A stretch of 64,000 nt of DNA from contig CBFFRP010000342.1 in assembly GCA_965644295.1 (NCBI GenBank), positions 62,001-126,000 on the forward strand, read 5' to 3'. Numbering within the stretch: position 1 is the first letter of the stretch; each line of letters starts with the position of its first letter. Origin of the DNA: Paraphysomonas bandaiensis. Its lineage: Eukaryota > Protista > Chrysophyceae. Of the stretch, positions 1 to 14,132 are shown in pieces. Made by a program: the position numbers and the translations under genes. A model generated the notes under the pieces. It did not search any database, had not been told where the DNA came from, and was given only the letters and a program-made list of their open reading frames with translations.

Positions 1-317
1 AACACAGTCGCTGCTTCCCATTCTTCCATGTTATTAAAATAATAACCAAAAGGAACCTGCAATATTGAAAGAACATCTTTATAATGAACCCATCTGCCAT
101 CTGATGCTTGTAAACGTAATAAATCATCAAATGGTGATGGTATTGACTCCTGTACAGCAGGGACGGATCGAGTGGGAGGTTGGAGTTTATTCAATCGCTT
201 TCGATCAGTTGATAAGTGACCCTCTTGAAGAGCTGACGATGTCTCCGGACATGAATGAAAAGCATGATAGAAAGCATCAAAATCAGATGTAATGGAATGT
301 TTTTTCTTTGATGGCAT
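1..317 (-). CDS. 5' part of a hypothetical protein running off the window start
   Basis: Hand translation from ATG at 317: MPSKKKHSITSDFDAFY...FDDLLRLQASDGRWVHYKDVLSILQ...EEWEAATV, open to position 1. Not in the ORF track. Head-to-head with the cyclase gene. Confidence 0.55.
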   Translation of the reverse strand, partial: MPSKKKHSITSDFDAFYHAFHSCPETSSALQEGHLSTDRKRLNKLQPPTRSVPAVQESIPSPFDDLLRLQASDGRWVHYKDVLSILQVPFGYYFNNMEEWEAATV

Positions 318-1254
318 GTTTAAATGTATGTGTCTATGTATGTATGTGTGTGTAGGTGTGTGTTAGTATCATGACGAGGGTGTTGTATGTATGTATGTGT
401 GTGTGGAGTGGTGTGGTGTGTTGAGGGTAGTGAGAGATATGAGGATGTGATGTGGGGACTATCAGGGTTACAGGAGGGGATTGAATAGACAGTGTGGTGT
501 TGTTAAGTGGACAGACATCTCATATATATATACATACATACATACATACATAGAGAGACGGCTGCTGTGTGTATATGTGTAGAGATGATGGAGATGTACT
601 GCTGTACTATACGTACATACATACATACATACATACAGCTGTACATATAGACTATACTCTGCATGGATATAGTAGAGACATGTACTACTGTACTGCTGGT
701 AGTGTACTGCTCTACACACACTGCAGTATGTATAACTGTTTATATGTTATATACTGCGACACTGCTGTATATATACAGTATATATATATGTACGAACGGG
801 TTCCAGATTTCAGTTTCTATGAAATATAATAATTTCAGTTTATGTGTCCTCTGAAGATACTCAATGTCCACTCACCAAATTTTGGTGGAGACAAATGTAA
901 CGGTTTCTGTAGGGCGATTTCTATACACTGTATTCCATAGAAATACATCATAATACAGTAGGTCGTTGGGGAGAATACATTGTAGGGATAGAATACGTCT
1001 GTATATATTTACGGTTACAGAGGTGTGTATATATGTATGTATGAGTGTGTGTGTAGATACATACACATACATACCAGTCACACTCATACATACATAGACA
1101 CACTCACAGGATGCAGTGAGAAACCTTCTTAACATACTTAAACACAACACTACATTGAACTGAATGCATCAGTGATACAGTTACATACATCTAGTCACTT
1201 CATATATCTTTCTTGTATCCTTTCTTTGCCTTCTTTTGCCTATCTGAGTAGCAG

Positions 1255-3882
1255 ATGGCTAACAGGGTATTACCAGTATCAACAAGTGATGCAGTCGATG
1301 AAGAAAATGATTCATCAATTGCAAGAAAACGAAGTGCTTTCTTAGCAGCTAAAAGAAATATGGCTGATAGATGGTCGAAACTAGCATCCATGTTTACATA
1401 TGAGAATGCTCGTAATTTCGCTGTGTGGTTTTTAGATACCGCAAACATCAAATTTTCATTATCGGTAACAATTTTTTTGTATTTATATTAAAACTATTTA
1501 CTAATTTCATTGTTTAGTTTGATGATTTAATGATGATTATGACATTCTTTGTCTTATTTGCTGATGACATTAGATTGTTAACTGCACCGAAATCTGTGGG
1601 TACGTATACGTGACTGCTATTTCTTATCTCTCGTAACTAATGACACTCTTGTAGATGTTGGATTTCAAACAGCCAATTCCATCTGTCTATTTTTCTTTAT
1701 TTTTGAATTGTTGTTAACTACATGGGCTAAAACACATTTAAAGTTTTCTCCTAAAATACATTTGGAAGGATATTGTTTTAGTTTTTTCTTTTGGCTTGAT
1801 TTGATAGCGATTCTGTCAATGTTACCAGACATCAACTGGATTGCTGAGGGCATGGGTATCGCTGGTATTTCTGAGTCTGTATCGAGCACGAATGATAATT
1901 TTTCCAAGGCTGGACGTGTGGTGCGAACTGTCCGTCTTGCTCGGCTCGTGCGCTTGTATAAAATTCAAGCCGAGCGGAACCGCCTCAAGCGTGTGGAGGA
2001 GGAGCAGATGGAGCTTGTGCGACAGGGACTGATGAGTTACGAGGAAGTTGAAAAAATGCGTAAACTCAACCAGGAGCGAAACTCGAAAGTCGGAGCTGAG
2101 CTATCAGACACTACCACGCGTCGAGTTATTATAATTGTGCTACTAATGCTCTGTCTGGTACCCATATTGACATTCTCAGAGAGTGACCACATGCAACATT
2201 TTTCAGCACGGACGCTGCATTACTACAACGTGTATGGCGACAACACCACACGCACCGCTGCACTGGATGAGTTCATGGATACTTTCGAAAGCCTCAATGG
2301 GGACCCCTATGTAATTCGATTGGAAATGCAACCGTTTATTGACGGTTTTGTGGTGAATGAGCAGAGTTATGTGAATAATATTCGCAGCACTGCATTATCC
2401 AAAGAGTCATTTAAGTCCAGTAACAGTGGAACCACCTACAAAACAGTTGTGTGGTACAATAACCAGGGGGTGGTCGAGGAAGTCGCCCTTAATGGAATCA
2501 TGTTGACAATATTCGTATCTCTTGTTATGCTCACAGGAACTATTGTATTCAACGCTGACGTAGAGCGATTGGTGTTAACCCCTATTCAACGTATGATGAA
2601 CATGGTCGAGCAAGTCTCAAAAGATCCTCTTTCCCCTCTCTTTTTTGACCATACTGAGGGATCAGGAGAATATGAGACGCGTTTGTTGGAAGGTACTATT
2701 GAGAAGATTACTGGGCTTTTGCGGGTCGGTTTCGGTGAAGCTGGAGCAGGGATTATTTCCGCGAATCTGAACCTCGAGGACAATTCCTCTGTGATCAACC
2801 CCCTCATACCTGGTGTTCGAGTCTATGCGATATTTGGTTTCTGCGACATTCATCATTTTGAAGACGTGAACGAGAAGCTGGGAAAAGATGTCATGACGTT
2901 TGTAAACACTATAGCTGCTGTAGTTCATAACTATGTTCACGACTGGCGTGGACAGAGCAACAAAAATCTCGGGCAAGCCTTTCTAGTAGTGTGGCGTATT
3001 GGTGACGAACAAACACTCTCGGAGTTGCTGTCTCAACATAGGGACACTAAAATTGGCAAGAGCTCGAATGCCGCTGGGAAGAGAAAGGGTGCCCAGATCG
3101 ACTTGCGACGCATCCCTGGTGTTGACACTTTAGCTGACATGGCCCTCATTGCATACTGCAAAATTATTGCCGAAATTAACAGATCGAAGGAAATTCTTGC
3201 CTATCGATCAGAGGAGCGATTAACAATGAACGGCACACAGGAATTCAAAGTGCGCATGGGATTTGGCCTTCATGCTGGTTGGGCAATTGAAGGAGCGGTG
3301 GGGTCACTACAGAAAGTAGATGCCACTTATCTTTCGCCACATGTTAACATGGCTGCTCGTCTTGAGAGTTCTTCGAAGCAGTACGGAGTTCCCATTCTAG
3401 TTTCTCAGAACTTTTTTGATCTGATGACTGAGGATGCAAAGGCGAAGTGCCGACGATTGGATGTAATTACTGTCAAGGGATCTGAAGTACCCATCGGTAT
3501 CTATACCTATGACTGCAGACAGGATCAGCACTTCAGGAGCAAAAGGAGTGCAAGGAACACAAAGGATGGACCACCTGTCGTTTTCTTGACCTCTAGTAAT
3601 GAGACAAGCGATGTATTCGAAAAAGATTACGACATGTTGACCCTCCGGGAGCATATCACGCCCGAGTTTTTATCCACTTTCCAGCAAGGTCTAGAGTATT
3701 ATTTACAGGGGGACTGGGGAAGCGCTCGAGGGTTTTTAGAGAGGGCAACGCAGATGATGTCACAAGTTCCCAGTATGGAGAAAGGGGACGGACCATCACT
3801 AACGCTGTTGAGGTATATGGAGAACCATGGTTGGCAAGCTCCTAGCAGTTGGAAGGGCTTTCGACCTCTGACCTCCAAGTAA
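1255..3882 (+). CDS. Class III adenylyl cyclase with N-terminal voltage-sensor (ion-channel-like) TM domain
   Basis: Exons 1255-1464, 1518-1599 and 1655-3882 join in frame across GT-AG introns. S4-like KAGRVVRTVRLARLVRLYK. Cyclase motifs FGFCDI, NKNLG, RMGFGLHAGWAIEGAVGS, KVDATYLSPHVNMAARLE. C-terminal helical tail. Confidence 0.9.
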
Positions 3883-5084
3883 GATATCAAATGGAGGTCG
3901 TCGGAGAATGGGTTATGACATCTGTATGTATAATAGTGTGCTTTGGAAACGTGCTGGTAGTGCCAGTTCGCATGGCACCTATATATGTAGTTTTAGAGAG
4001 CATGTGCCACGACACATATTTTGTGTTCGGGGCACGAGAAAAGCAATAGTAGAATAGCTTATTAATAAAAATCGTCGCATTACCAGAATTACACGTTATA
4101 CTGTGGTTATTTAATATAGTGTTGTAGTGCATATCTATTATTTAGCAGCCCGAGGATACACGACGTAAGAAGACTACTGTAACAAAGTAGCATATTATGA
4201 AGAAGAAGCTGTTATGGTGGGTAGAAATGGCACAGTTCGCTATAGTGATAAATGAATAGAAATTCAAGTCTCTTGTCATTACGTGATAGTTTTAATGCGT
4301 ATGAATATATTATGCTGAAAGCGATATCCTTCAAGTAACAAATTTGACGTTTAAACTGGTTAATAATTTAACTATCTAGTCAGCCTTGACTTCTTTTAAA
4401 CGATCCAAAACTGATGTAAAGCAGGGCTAGGGAACAATATTTGAATGGGTTAGAAAAATATCGCAATGTATTTTGATGGGACGAAAAAGTCTAGGTAATA
4501 CCTGGTGAAATTTTTGATGATGGTCGGAAAAGGGTATAAATATGCACAATAAGTAAGTATGAAGATATTGGATGACTACCTGAATTGCAAAAATACATAA
4601 AAATTCTAGGATCATACAAACAGTTTATGCAAAGTGTTATGCTTTTAGGATAGTTTGTACGAGGGGTTAGGAGGGGTCTTCTGAAAAAACATAAATCAGC
4701 TGAAATTCATGCAGCCTATTTTTATGCATTTATGTATTTATGAAATTTAGGTGGTCACCCATTAACAGTGTGAAGAATATTATTTATACTATTGTTTACT
4801 GCTTTCTTACATATTACTTACTTCAATTTTACAGCAATGAAAAAGTCACCGACTACACATATATACTATACAGTTCCAGCTATTCGGTCATAAGCATAAA
4901 AAGCTCTACTCAACATATATAATATTATAAAACAAACACAAATACATTTAATATAACATGTACATAATAGTATACTAACCTTTTTAGTGCCTCAAGTAAC
5001 TTGTCGCTAGCTAATAAACATGTTGTCTATCATTATATTATTTGATGCCGTAAGTATTGTTGCTGTATACCTGACTGGCGAAAG

Positions 5085-6265
5085 CAGATGGTGGACCATC
5101 AAAGGACAAAGTGAGTTCCCACCTGCGCCAGCGAGTCCTCAATGCAGCACTGACATGGGACAAATCCTTCAGCATAGGAAGAAACCGGGCGAAAACCAAA
5201 CACGGACTCGACATGGCTAAAGCCGCATGTGCTGACTGCGGATTTAGACTAGACTCACTCAAGCATATGTGTCTCGACTGTACAAATGACGCCATAACGC
5301 AGATAAGGGAGTCTGCATTTCACAGCCACAAAAACGCGCTTCAAGAAGAACTGAGAAATCCGGAACTACCCCAATAATGGACCACCACTGTACTCCAGCG
5401 GTTCTCCAGCAGGGCCTGGAACCCTTCCGTGCCACAGGTGGAGAGGTTCTGGACGGGTACCATCACAACTATACAGCTTGAAATGGTTTTTGGAGATCAC
5501 ATCCATGAGTCACTGACATCCCAAGGACTACGCAGCATCGAATCAGCGGTCATCAGATTACTTCTACCGCTTTTCGCTGCAGCGAAGCTAATGATCCAAG
5601 ATCGAAGTAGACGATACGCTACACTACAGAAAGGTCCCCCAAGGCTACTACAGCGGCCGCGTCCAAAACACAGACAGAAATGGAAACGCCCAAGGGTGCT
5701 AAGATTACTAGGAATCCACAGACGAACCGAGACTGAAACACCGCCCCCCGCACATATGAACCCCACCAACCATACGCAAAGGACCATAGCACCGGACCGT
5801 ATGAAGCCATCAGGCCCTAAACAATGGCGACGACGTCTCCGGCAACTCCACCTATGCCTAACGCCCAGACGGTGCACGGTGATACCGCCACATTCCACCA
5901 CACCGTCAACCTCTCAGCACACACATCTAGTGCTCGGTACACTACTCAGGACCTTAATACAGAACCCTGTACCTCAGAGCCTGGCGGAACCTTATCCCAA
6001 GGGGAGACCCCCGGACAACTCGCGCCAGTGAGTCCTAAGACACATGAGCAGGGCGAAACTCAAACACAACATTAAGAACGGAAGTGGTTGCACCTCTTGG
6101 TGCTTGCGGCGACGCACAAGCAGCTTCTGTAGCGCTAAATAGTAGGATAATAATAATAGAATTTGTGCTGATTAGTTATGGGTAGAGGTCTAACTAGTAG
6201 ATCTAGCATTCAACTAGCCACTATATCGGAACGAGTTTTTAACGCCTATTGCTAAATAAAAAGAC
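5085..6265 (+). mobile_element. Probable 5'-truncated, decayed non-LTR retrotransposon (LINE) 3' end; boundaries approximate
   Basis: ORFs 5111-5377 and 5429-6031 share a frame and are split by one stop. CADCGFRLDSLKHMCLDC matches the CX2CX7HX4C knuckle of LINE ORF2 C-termini. Intronless, A/C-rich, with a (TAA)n stretch near 6149 and an A-rich end. No RT core or TSD seen. Confidence 0.5.
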
Positions 6266-6966
6266 CTTCAATACCTGAGAGTATACCTCTTCACTTTAAT
6301 TATATATGTGTTACTGCATGCCGTAGTGGTGAAGGTAGCTATATATATATGAGTATAAAATATATTCAAAATAAGCAGGCTATTCGTTTGGAGCGTTTGA
6401 AATCTCAGGAGAGTTTGATACTACGAAACTACGAAACACAAGTTGCACGGGTAACTTTTAATGCAATAAATACTTCTAATAACTAGTAACAACTATTATT
6501 GCGACGTTATCTAATATACTTAGATATGAAACCTGGTAAAATTGCTTTACCAGGTTTTGGTATTTTACCTCGACTTGTCGCTACTTACCTCAGAAATAAT
6601 GTTAGAGACTTGTTCGCCAACTGCGAATGTTGGTGGCGAGCAATATGTTAATCTGATTCATGGTCTGATACTTGTTCTTCAACCTCTGCATCACTTCTGT
6701 TAAGCGGGTAGCATTTTAGTATGCTCCAGTTCCTCCAGCATATCATCAAGAACTTCATATCATACTGTCTGCAAATACCGTGTTCTTCACGTAACAAGCA
6801 ACTGCTATACTTTAAAACCTTAGCAATTAGAAATACAGCAATTACTGACGCACTTTTTTCACACCACATGCGTATTACATATGGCTGCCAGCGATATAGA
6901 TTCCAATATTACATTATATTTTTTAATATATATTACTAATATTATACATGCAAGACATTCTCACAT

Positions 6967-9900
6967 TTAAGGTAGAGCCCCTAAAGAATGCTTTAAAATA
7001 ACACCATTCGCCATTCCAATATACAACTCCGCATCGCGTTTAGTGTGCTTTGTAGGGGCAGCACCAGCTGGGCGAGAAAGTCTCAATTCCATGCAAGATG
7101 GCTCCAAATTTTCGTGATTAACAACTCGCAACAAGCTAACGTGTGGTTGAGGTGCAATCGTCTCAGGCACGGTATGTACCGTTACCATATTAGCCAACTC
7201 GCGAGCAAATATATCGCCGCCATAGGCAACTGTAGGTGACAGACTGACATACTGTGGCAGTCGTGGGAGGATCGTGCTTTTTTCATCGGCTTTATCGTCT
7301 GCACTATCTTTCCCTTCACTAACAGCTGTTCCATCTGCATCACTAGTACTAGATTTATTTCCGGCCTCAGCAGTAGTTGATACTTTTGAAGATGAATTCT
7401 CGTAGGCCTTTTGCTTTGCGCCGCTACTGGTTACTGCCTTCGGCTCTGATTTCCTATCACTTTGTAATTCGTCGTCGTCAAAGGTGACGCACCACACAGA
7501 CGATGACTTTCCTCCTACATCTGCCAAGGCTAGATAGGCCCGAAATTCGACCTATTCAGCATTGCATACTCAATTTACAAGTAGTGTGCTTTAGGTAAAT
7601 CGTGTACCTGTTGAACACAGTAGCTCTGAAATGATCCCTGCATCGCGCCGGACCAGTAGCACAACTGCTCCATCTGCTCACATTAACATTTAACTATTAC
7701 TGATGAAAATACTGTCCAATAGAGATATGCAGTCAGTCGCATACATTGATGACTATATAACATCATAACGCATACGTGCCTGTAGTGGAAATGAAGTCGA
7801 ACTTGTGTAGACATCTCGCTTGACTCTAGCTAGCAACCACAACGAAACTTGCCCAGAGTCGTCACCAGAAACAAGGAATCTATTCGACACTTGTAGATTC
7901 CACACAGAATTTCCATTGTGAAACTGCAGAATAATAGAAATTACAAACATGGGGGTTACAACACACTTTCCCAGTACTGTATGACAATGGTGAAAATTGC
8001 AAAGAAAAATACCACACTACGAACAAGCGTGTAGCTCATCAATAGTAAACGTATGCTGTGTATGACAGAATATATTCACAATACCTCCAAAGAACGTGGC
8101 TCTAGATCGACGTGCAGCCGCCAACACCTATAGCACACGACGTCTATCGTCAGAGAATCCCTGATAATTCAGGCTCATACGCACTTTATAATACCATCAG
8201 TGCCACCGGAGAAGAAACAGGAGGTACGGTTATGAAATGCCAGACTCAAGATGCCTAATGAAAATACATGACACGGAGGCGCAAAAAGTACTCCACATAC
8301 CAGGATCATCAGGATCGTGAAAACCGTTAGATAAACCATCAAGTGGAAGATCTAAACAATGCATTTTATAGAGTGACAGATTCCACACTGCGATGCGTCC
8401 ATCCCTATCCGAGGCAGCAATGACCTCATCATTGTGCTTGTTTCGCCCTTCCGCAATTGATGTGATCGGAGCACCTCTCAAAGCCTTAGATGCTACCCTA
8501 CATATATAGCAGCCAGTTAACTCAAATGAATAGTCATATGTTACGAACGACACCCACTTCGTTCCACTATCCATATGCCACAGGCAAAACGTTCCATCAT
8601 CATGTCCTGTTGCGACAGAATGCAGAGACCACACAGTTTCCACCACGACTACTTCTCCTGAACCTTTTAGACGGAATGAATACCGCTCTGATCTATCGTA
8701 TTCATCCCAGCAGCACAAAGAGCAGTCCTCACCCACACTGAAGAAAGTGCTTTCTTCTTTGGATATCTGTTATAATAAGTTATCGACAAGATTCATTAAT
8801 ACATAACTACACAAAACATAATACTCAAGGTTGTATACATGGATAAAAGAGGTACGAATATTCTTGTGAAATACATCAATAGAGTCTACGTAAGTAAACA
8901 TCAAACTTACAGGAAGTTGATCAGGTTGATGATTAGACACATGTCTGCTGTGGTATCTCCTCATAGAAGCCTCTTTCTCGTCATCAGCGTCCACAGCCAC
9001 ATGCTCTGGGCTCGGGAGAACAGAGAGACCGAGCACCATCATACCTGCATGGCCTATGAATTCGGCAGTTGCTTGTTCAGCTGTCACCTATACAATATAT
9101 CACATCATAGAAACATTAAAGTTTATGGGTAACTGTTAAAACCAATTACATAGAACAAACGAAGATATCGTACCTGGAAGAGCTTCACAACGCCCGTTCG
9201 GGGAAGGAGAGATATCAAACAACTCGGTTGCTTGAATGCTTGAATTGGACCACTCAGAGAGAGTGTCTGCAGTTGAGCTAAACTAAGCCCCGTATGACCA
9301 CCACTCAAATTACTGGTAGCCTCTCGCTTAGGTGGTTTCCATGAAGTCATAACTATATTTTCTATGCGGCGTTCATAGAATGAGCTCCACACTTCTAGGT
9401 GCCCTTTTTCATCACTCAAGTAGAGCTGAAAGTTTGGAGAGTCCCACACTAAGCCAGTATATTTGCAGTTGTGACAGTTATTGATAACATGTAAAGTAGA
9501 TCCCAAATGAAGGTCTAATATCTTCGCCGTGTGATCATAAGATAAAGTAATTAAAAAGCTCTCCTCGAATACAATGTGTAGTAAGCTGATACCTAATGCA
9601 TGGACATTTTCCCAGCGCTTGTGCTTCGTTAATTGGCCGGTGAACACTGCTGTGCGATACTCTGCTTCATTTAGCTCAGACCCTTTGCGGTATATCTCGA
9701 TAGTTCCATCCATATTACCTACGTAACACGCCCACGAGTTGATGTGTGACACAGCTAAGGCCGATAACCACGCATTCTTTTGCTTCATTACAAATGTACA
9801 CTCCAAGAAACTGTGAAGCATGAGCTTCCGCCCCCTTTGAGGCTTCCATAGACGTAAGCATCCATCCACACTACATGATAAAAGCGTGCCATCATGTCCA

Positions 9901-10335
9901 TCCGCTACTTTCGTAACTGTCCCTTCGTGACCATAAAGCGTCTGTATACAGAGTGGCTTGGCACCATTCGGACACCATATTTTAATTGTCCGATCACTCG
10001 ATCCACTAACAACAATACCAATTGAAGAAGCTGATAAATCAGTATTCTTTGAATAAAGTAAACAAGTAACAGATCCATTATGCTGTACATCTCTGGATAA
10101 ATCTTCTGGTCGTAAACTGCGTGGTAATTTCCTTCTATATATAAGAAATGAATGAATTCGTCCACATGATGTACCCACAAACATCACATCATTTCCTTCT
10201 GCATCATCAATGACATATTCCATACATGAATACTGTATATAATCCTATCAGATGAGTGTTATACATATATACATAGAGGGTTACCATAATGTCTGTAGAC
10301 ATGGGCTTAAACTCATCAATCTCTTCAATTTTCAT
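6967..10335 (-). CDS. Multi-exon WD40-repeat protein
   Basis: ATG at 10335 (MKIEEIDEF..., then GT donor). WD repeats in ORFs 9123-10223 (VSGSSDRTIKIW, GHEGTVT...SCSVDGCLRLW), 8230-8736 (ATGHDDGTFCLW) and 7753-7950 (VSGDDSGQVSLW). Last exon ends at 6967. Confidence 0.8.
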
Positions 10336-10480
10336 GTTGATTGTAGATTGGGATAATGGGGAGAAGAGGATTGGAGGGTAAGGTAAGGGTAATAGTGTGG
10401 AATGGTTCTATAGTTGATCTCTATTTAAATTGATGTGGTGATGTATGGTATCATATGAATGAAACTGTACATATACTATA

Positions 10481-10671
10481 CGTAGATTTCCATACCTTAA
10501 AATGTACGTGTATATCCATACTTTAAAATGTACGTATGCTTCCATACTTTAACTATGTACGTATACTTCCATACCTTAAAATGTACGTATATTTCCATAT
10601 CTTAAAATGTACGTATGCTTCCATACTTTAATCATGTACGTATAGTTCCATACCTTAATCATGTACGTATG
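10481..10671. repeat. Minisatellite, about 7 copies of a 26-27-bp unit (ccatacYttaaaatgtacgtatRYtt)
   Basis: Directly visible head-to-tail tandem units with no spacers; degenerate copies near 10826 and 10873. Confidence 0.9.
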
Positions 10672-11091
10672 ATGTTTAAGGTTTACTATGTATATACAGG
10701 ACTGTACTCCAGATATACGCATTTATATTATGAAACTGCTGTAGTTGATCATACTGCTGTATACACAGTGTATTTCGTACGTATATGCCTAGTGCAACAC
10801 ACACGTATATTCCTCCCTACAAATCTTACGTATATTTCTATACTTTATGAAACATCTATCATCAAGTTGCATTTGTACATATATTTTCATACCTTAATTC
10901 ATCTCTCTTAATATTACCTAAATCTCATTACCCACACAGTCTCATCTCATATCAATTCCATTCAAATGATCACTTCCTTTCCATCGAAAAGTCTCATATA
11001 TATTTCTATATAGTTATATATATATATATACATATATATATATTTTTTTTTCTTTTATAATTCACATACTTTTACTTCATACTTCTTCCAT

Positions 11092-13025
11092 ATGGGAGCT
11101 GCAGCCTCATTGGACACAGCGGGTATGCCTGAGGGGCAGAGATATTACTGTCATTCATGTCGTCGAAGTTTTGTGAGTCGACAGGTACTTCCATATACCT
11201 ACCTACCTACATACATACATACATACATACATACATGCCTACATGCTTATATATATGAGTATAGCTATAGGTGTACGTGTGTATGTATGTATAATCTGCA
11301 TGTATATACATACGTATGTATGATACACGAGTATGTATGTATATATATAGTGGTAATACTCATATGGGGTATGTATGTATTATAGCCAAGTCGAAGTCTT
11401 CACTGTATACTATGTTCAAGTACATTCCTTGAGGAGGTAGATGGAGTGTTTCCAGAGGGAGCAAGATATCAATTGAATGAAGAGCAAGCAAGAAGACTCA
11501 CCTCAGCTGCTGCTTTACTTCATATGTTAGAGTCACAACTACGTGATGAATTAGATATCTTACAGTCGAATCTGACCAATCAGGAGGGTAGAAACAAGCC
11601 ACCACCTCTCTCATTGGGTATGCTAGATCGTCTTGTAGAGGTGCCGATGACTATCGATATGATATGCGAGCAACCCTCTTGTCCGATATGCAGTGAAGAC
11701 TATGCAACAGCTGAGCAAGTGATGAAATTACCTTGTTCACATTTATATCACAAACCATGTGTAATGCCCTGGCTAGAAGCAAAGAGGACCTGCCCCATAT
11801 GTCGGTTTGAATTACTTAATGAAGTGCCGGAAAAATCAGATCTAGAAAAACTGTCGAGTGAAGAGCTAAAGAACCGCATTAGCACAAGGGATCAGTGTAT
11901 TGATGTGGATAGTATGGAGAGTCAAGGGAGGTAATTACATCATTTTCGGATGGTGCTTATTGTGTACCTATGTTGAAAATGTAGAAGTTTGTATGATGTT
12001 CACGGTGATGTATCCATAGCTAGGTGCATTGATTGTAATTGTGCATAACGCTGAGTATGACATGCACCACGTCGCATTTCATTTTTACTATGCACAGGTC
12101 AGTGTTGGTCGACCGTCTCCACAGCCTTCTTGTTAAAGAAAAGGAAGAACATGACAGTTTAGAATTTCAGACCAGTAGAGAATCTTCAGAACAGAGCGGG
12201 ATCTTTGGAATGGCCTATGCAGATAGTCGACTAGGTGAGTGGCACGAGGTGACGATTACACTTGTGCAGTATGTTCGAACTGAATCTCAGTTACTGATTA
12301 CAGGTGCACTGATGCAGAGACGGCACATGGAAATGCGGGCTCGTCACTTAGGAACTTCTAGTAGTGGCCTTGTACCTATGCGTTTGTCACGTCCGGATGG
12401 TGACGAACAGTCAATAACTGGAAATATTGTCACCAATAATTCATCTACGCATAATGTACCAACACATGCATCATACCCAGTTGGCCGGTTGATGGGGGCT
12501 ATTCCCCGTCCTATGGCGTCTTTACAGACACATGGTGGCAGATACAGTGACTCAGATGAAGAAGAGTGGGAGCCCACTCAACCTTATCACGTTTCTGGTA
12601 GTGGACCAGTGAGAGTACTGAGAATGTCCGGTGGTGGTCCTGTCGTTCAGATCCGATCTTCTGATGGGCCAAGTACGTCCTCAAATACTGTTCTAAATTC
12701 AGCAATGCGCCGAATAACTCAAGACGATGCTCAGGACGAGTCGGATATGGAGAGCGGTATTTGTCCATACAGAGTAATATCGAATCCGCAGCACCGCCAC
12801 GGCGATAGCTCCAGTCGATCTATGACCCCAACGCCAACTTCTAATGCCTACATCCCCACAGGAGATAACATTCGGTCAAGAATAAGTACTTCGACTATTC
12901 CGACACGAACCACATATATCCTTCGAACTGTAGATGGGTCGAGCCACGCAACTGCTGTACCATTGACTCAAAGCTCTCAGAGCACTACAATGCGCAGCGC
13001 ACCTTTAAGACGTGACGACGCATAG
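11092..13025 (+). CDS. RNF115/RNF126-like RING-H2 E3 ubiquitin ligase
   Basis: N-terminal zinc ribbon YYCHSC...HCILCSSTFLEE split by intron 11185-11385. RING-H2 CPIC...LPCSHLYHKPC...CPIC. Low-complexity C-terminal exons. Confidence 0.8.
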
Positions 13026-14132
13026 TTTACCTGTCGTTGTGCTTGCGCTTCTCTTCCATTAGTAATAGTGGTGTTACTTTTGGAAGTGAAAGTACAATGA
13101 CAGTTCATTTTTTGGAGTCCTTTATATTGTAGAACACATATACAAACATGCATATGATTTTGAATTATGTAGTCTCATTGTGTTCGTAATTTATCGCATG
13201 TACTATACCTTAATAAACACTGTGTTTTTTAATTCATCTAGTGGAAAGATATATATACAATCCAGAGATTATATGTTGCCTATAGTGGATCAGAATTGTG
13301 CTTCTTCAGTCATACACATACAGTATACAGTCTAATGAACCCTGTAAGTCTGTATCATCTCAGCTCTAAAATACAAACACATCAACCTCCACCATTAAAT
13401 TTAATACCACAATCGTAATAAATATAAGTAGCAACTGATACATTTTCCTTCGTTTTATCGTATCTTACAACTAACACGTCGATTTCGTATAACAGTTTGG
13501 GTGAATGACTGAAATCATTCACCCAAACTGTACTGTACCAGTTAGGAATATCCAAAGGCTGCATCCTTTTCTCTATCTAAAGGCTTCACAGACTCAATAT
13601 TGTTCTCTAAGCACCCTAAGCACTGACACTCCATATGCCCCCGAGCCCAAATACCTCTTACACAATACTTGGCATTGAGGAGGAAGCATTCACCCCACAC
13701 ACGTCATCGTCATAATACAGCCATTGAAGATTTACATAATTTATGTTGATGATCGTTATAGTAGTTATTTAGGTATCATGGAGTGGGAATGGTATTAATA
13801 AGGGCTCAGCCTGTATTATGCATACAGGAATTTCATGATTCATCCGAAATCAAGAAGTGAAGAAAAAACTTTGAATTCAATTTATTTCTGTTTCAAACTC
13901 GTTCACGAATATGTAATATATATACCTGTATTTCTAGCATACTCTACGCTTGTACATAACTATAATCTGTGTGTATATGTTCAGATGCCAATTCTACTTG
14001 TATATAAAACTAACATATGCTATGCTTCAATATAAGAAATGTTATGCAAGTTAGTGTCTATGTTATGCTACATTGATGCATTACCATTGTGGTATTGTGT
14101 ATATACTGCTATATACATGTATGGCCAGTGGT

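Noticed and set aside
468-1150. Cluster of short Y/M/C/V-rich ORFs (similar ones at 10615, 27560 and 41007-41430)
   Set aside because: They are translations of TA/TG low-complexity promoter DNA.
10481-10671. CRISPR-like array of ~26-bp repeats
   Set aside because: Units are contiguous with no unique spacers, there are no cas genes, and the context is eukaryotic.
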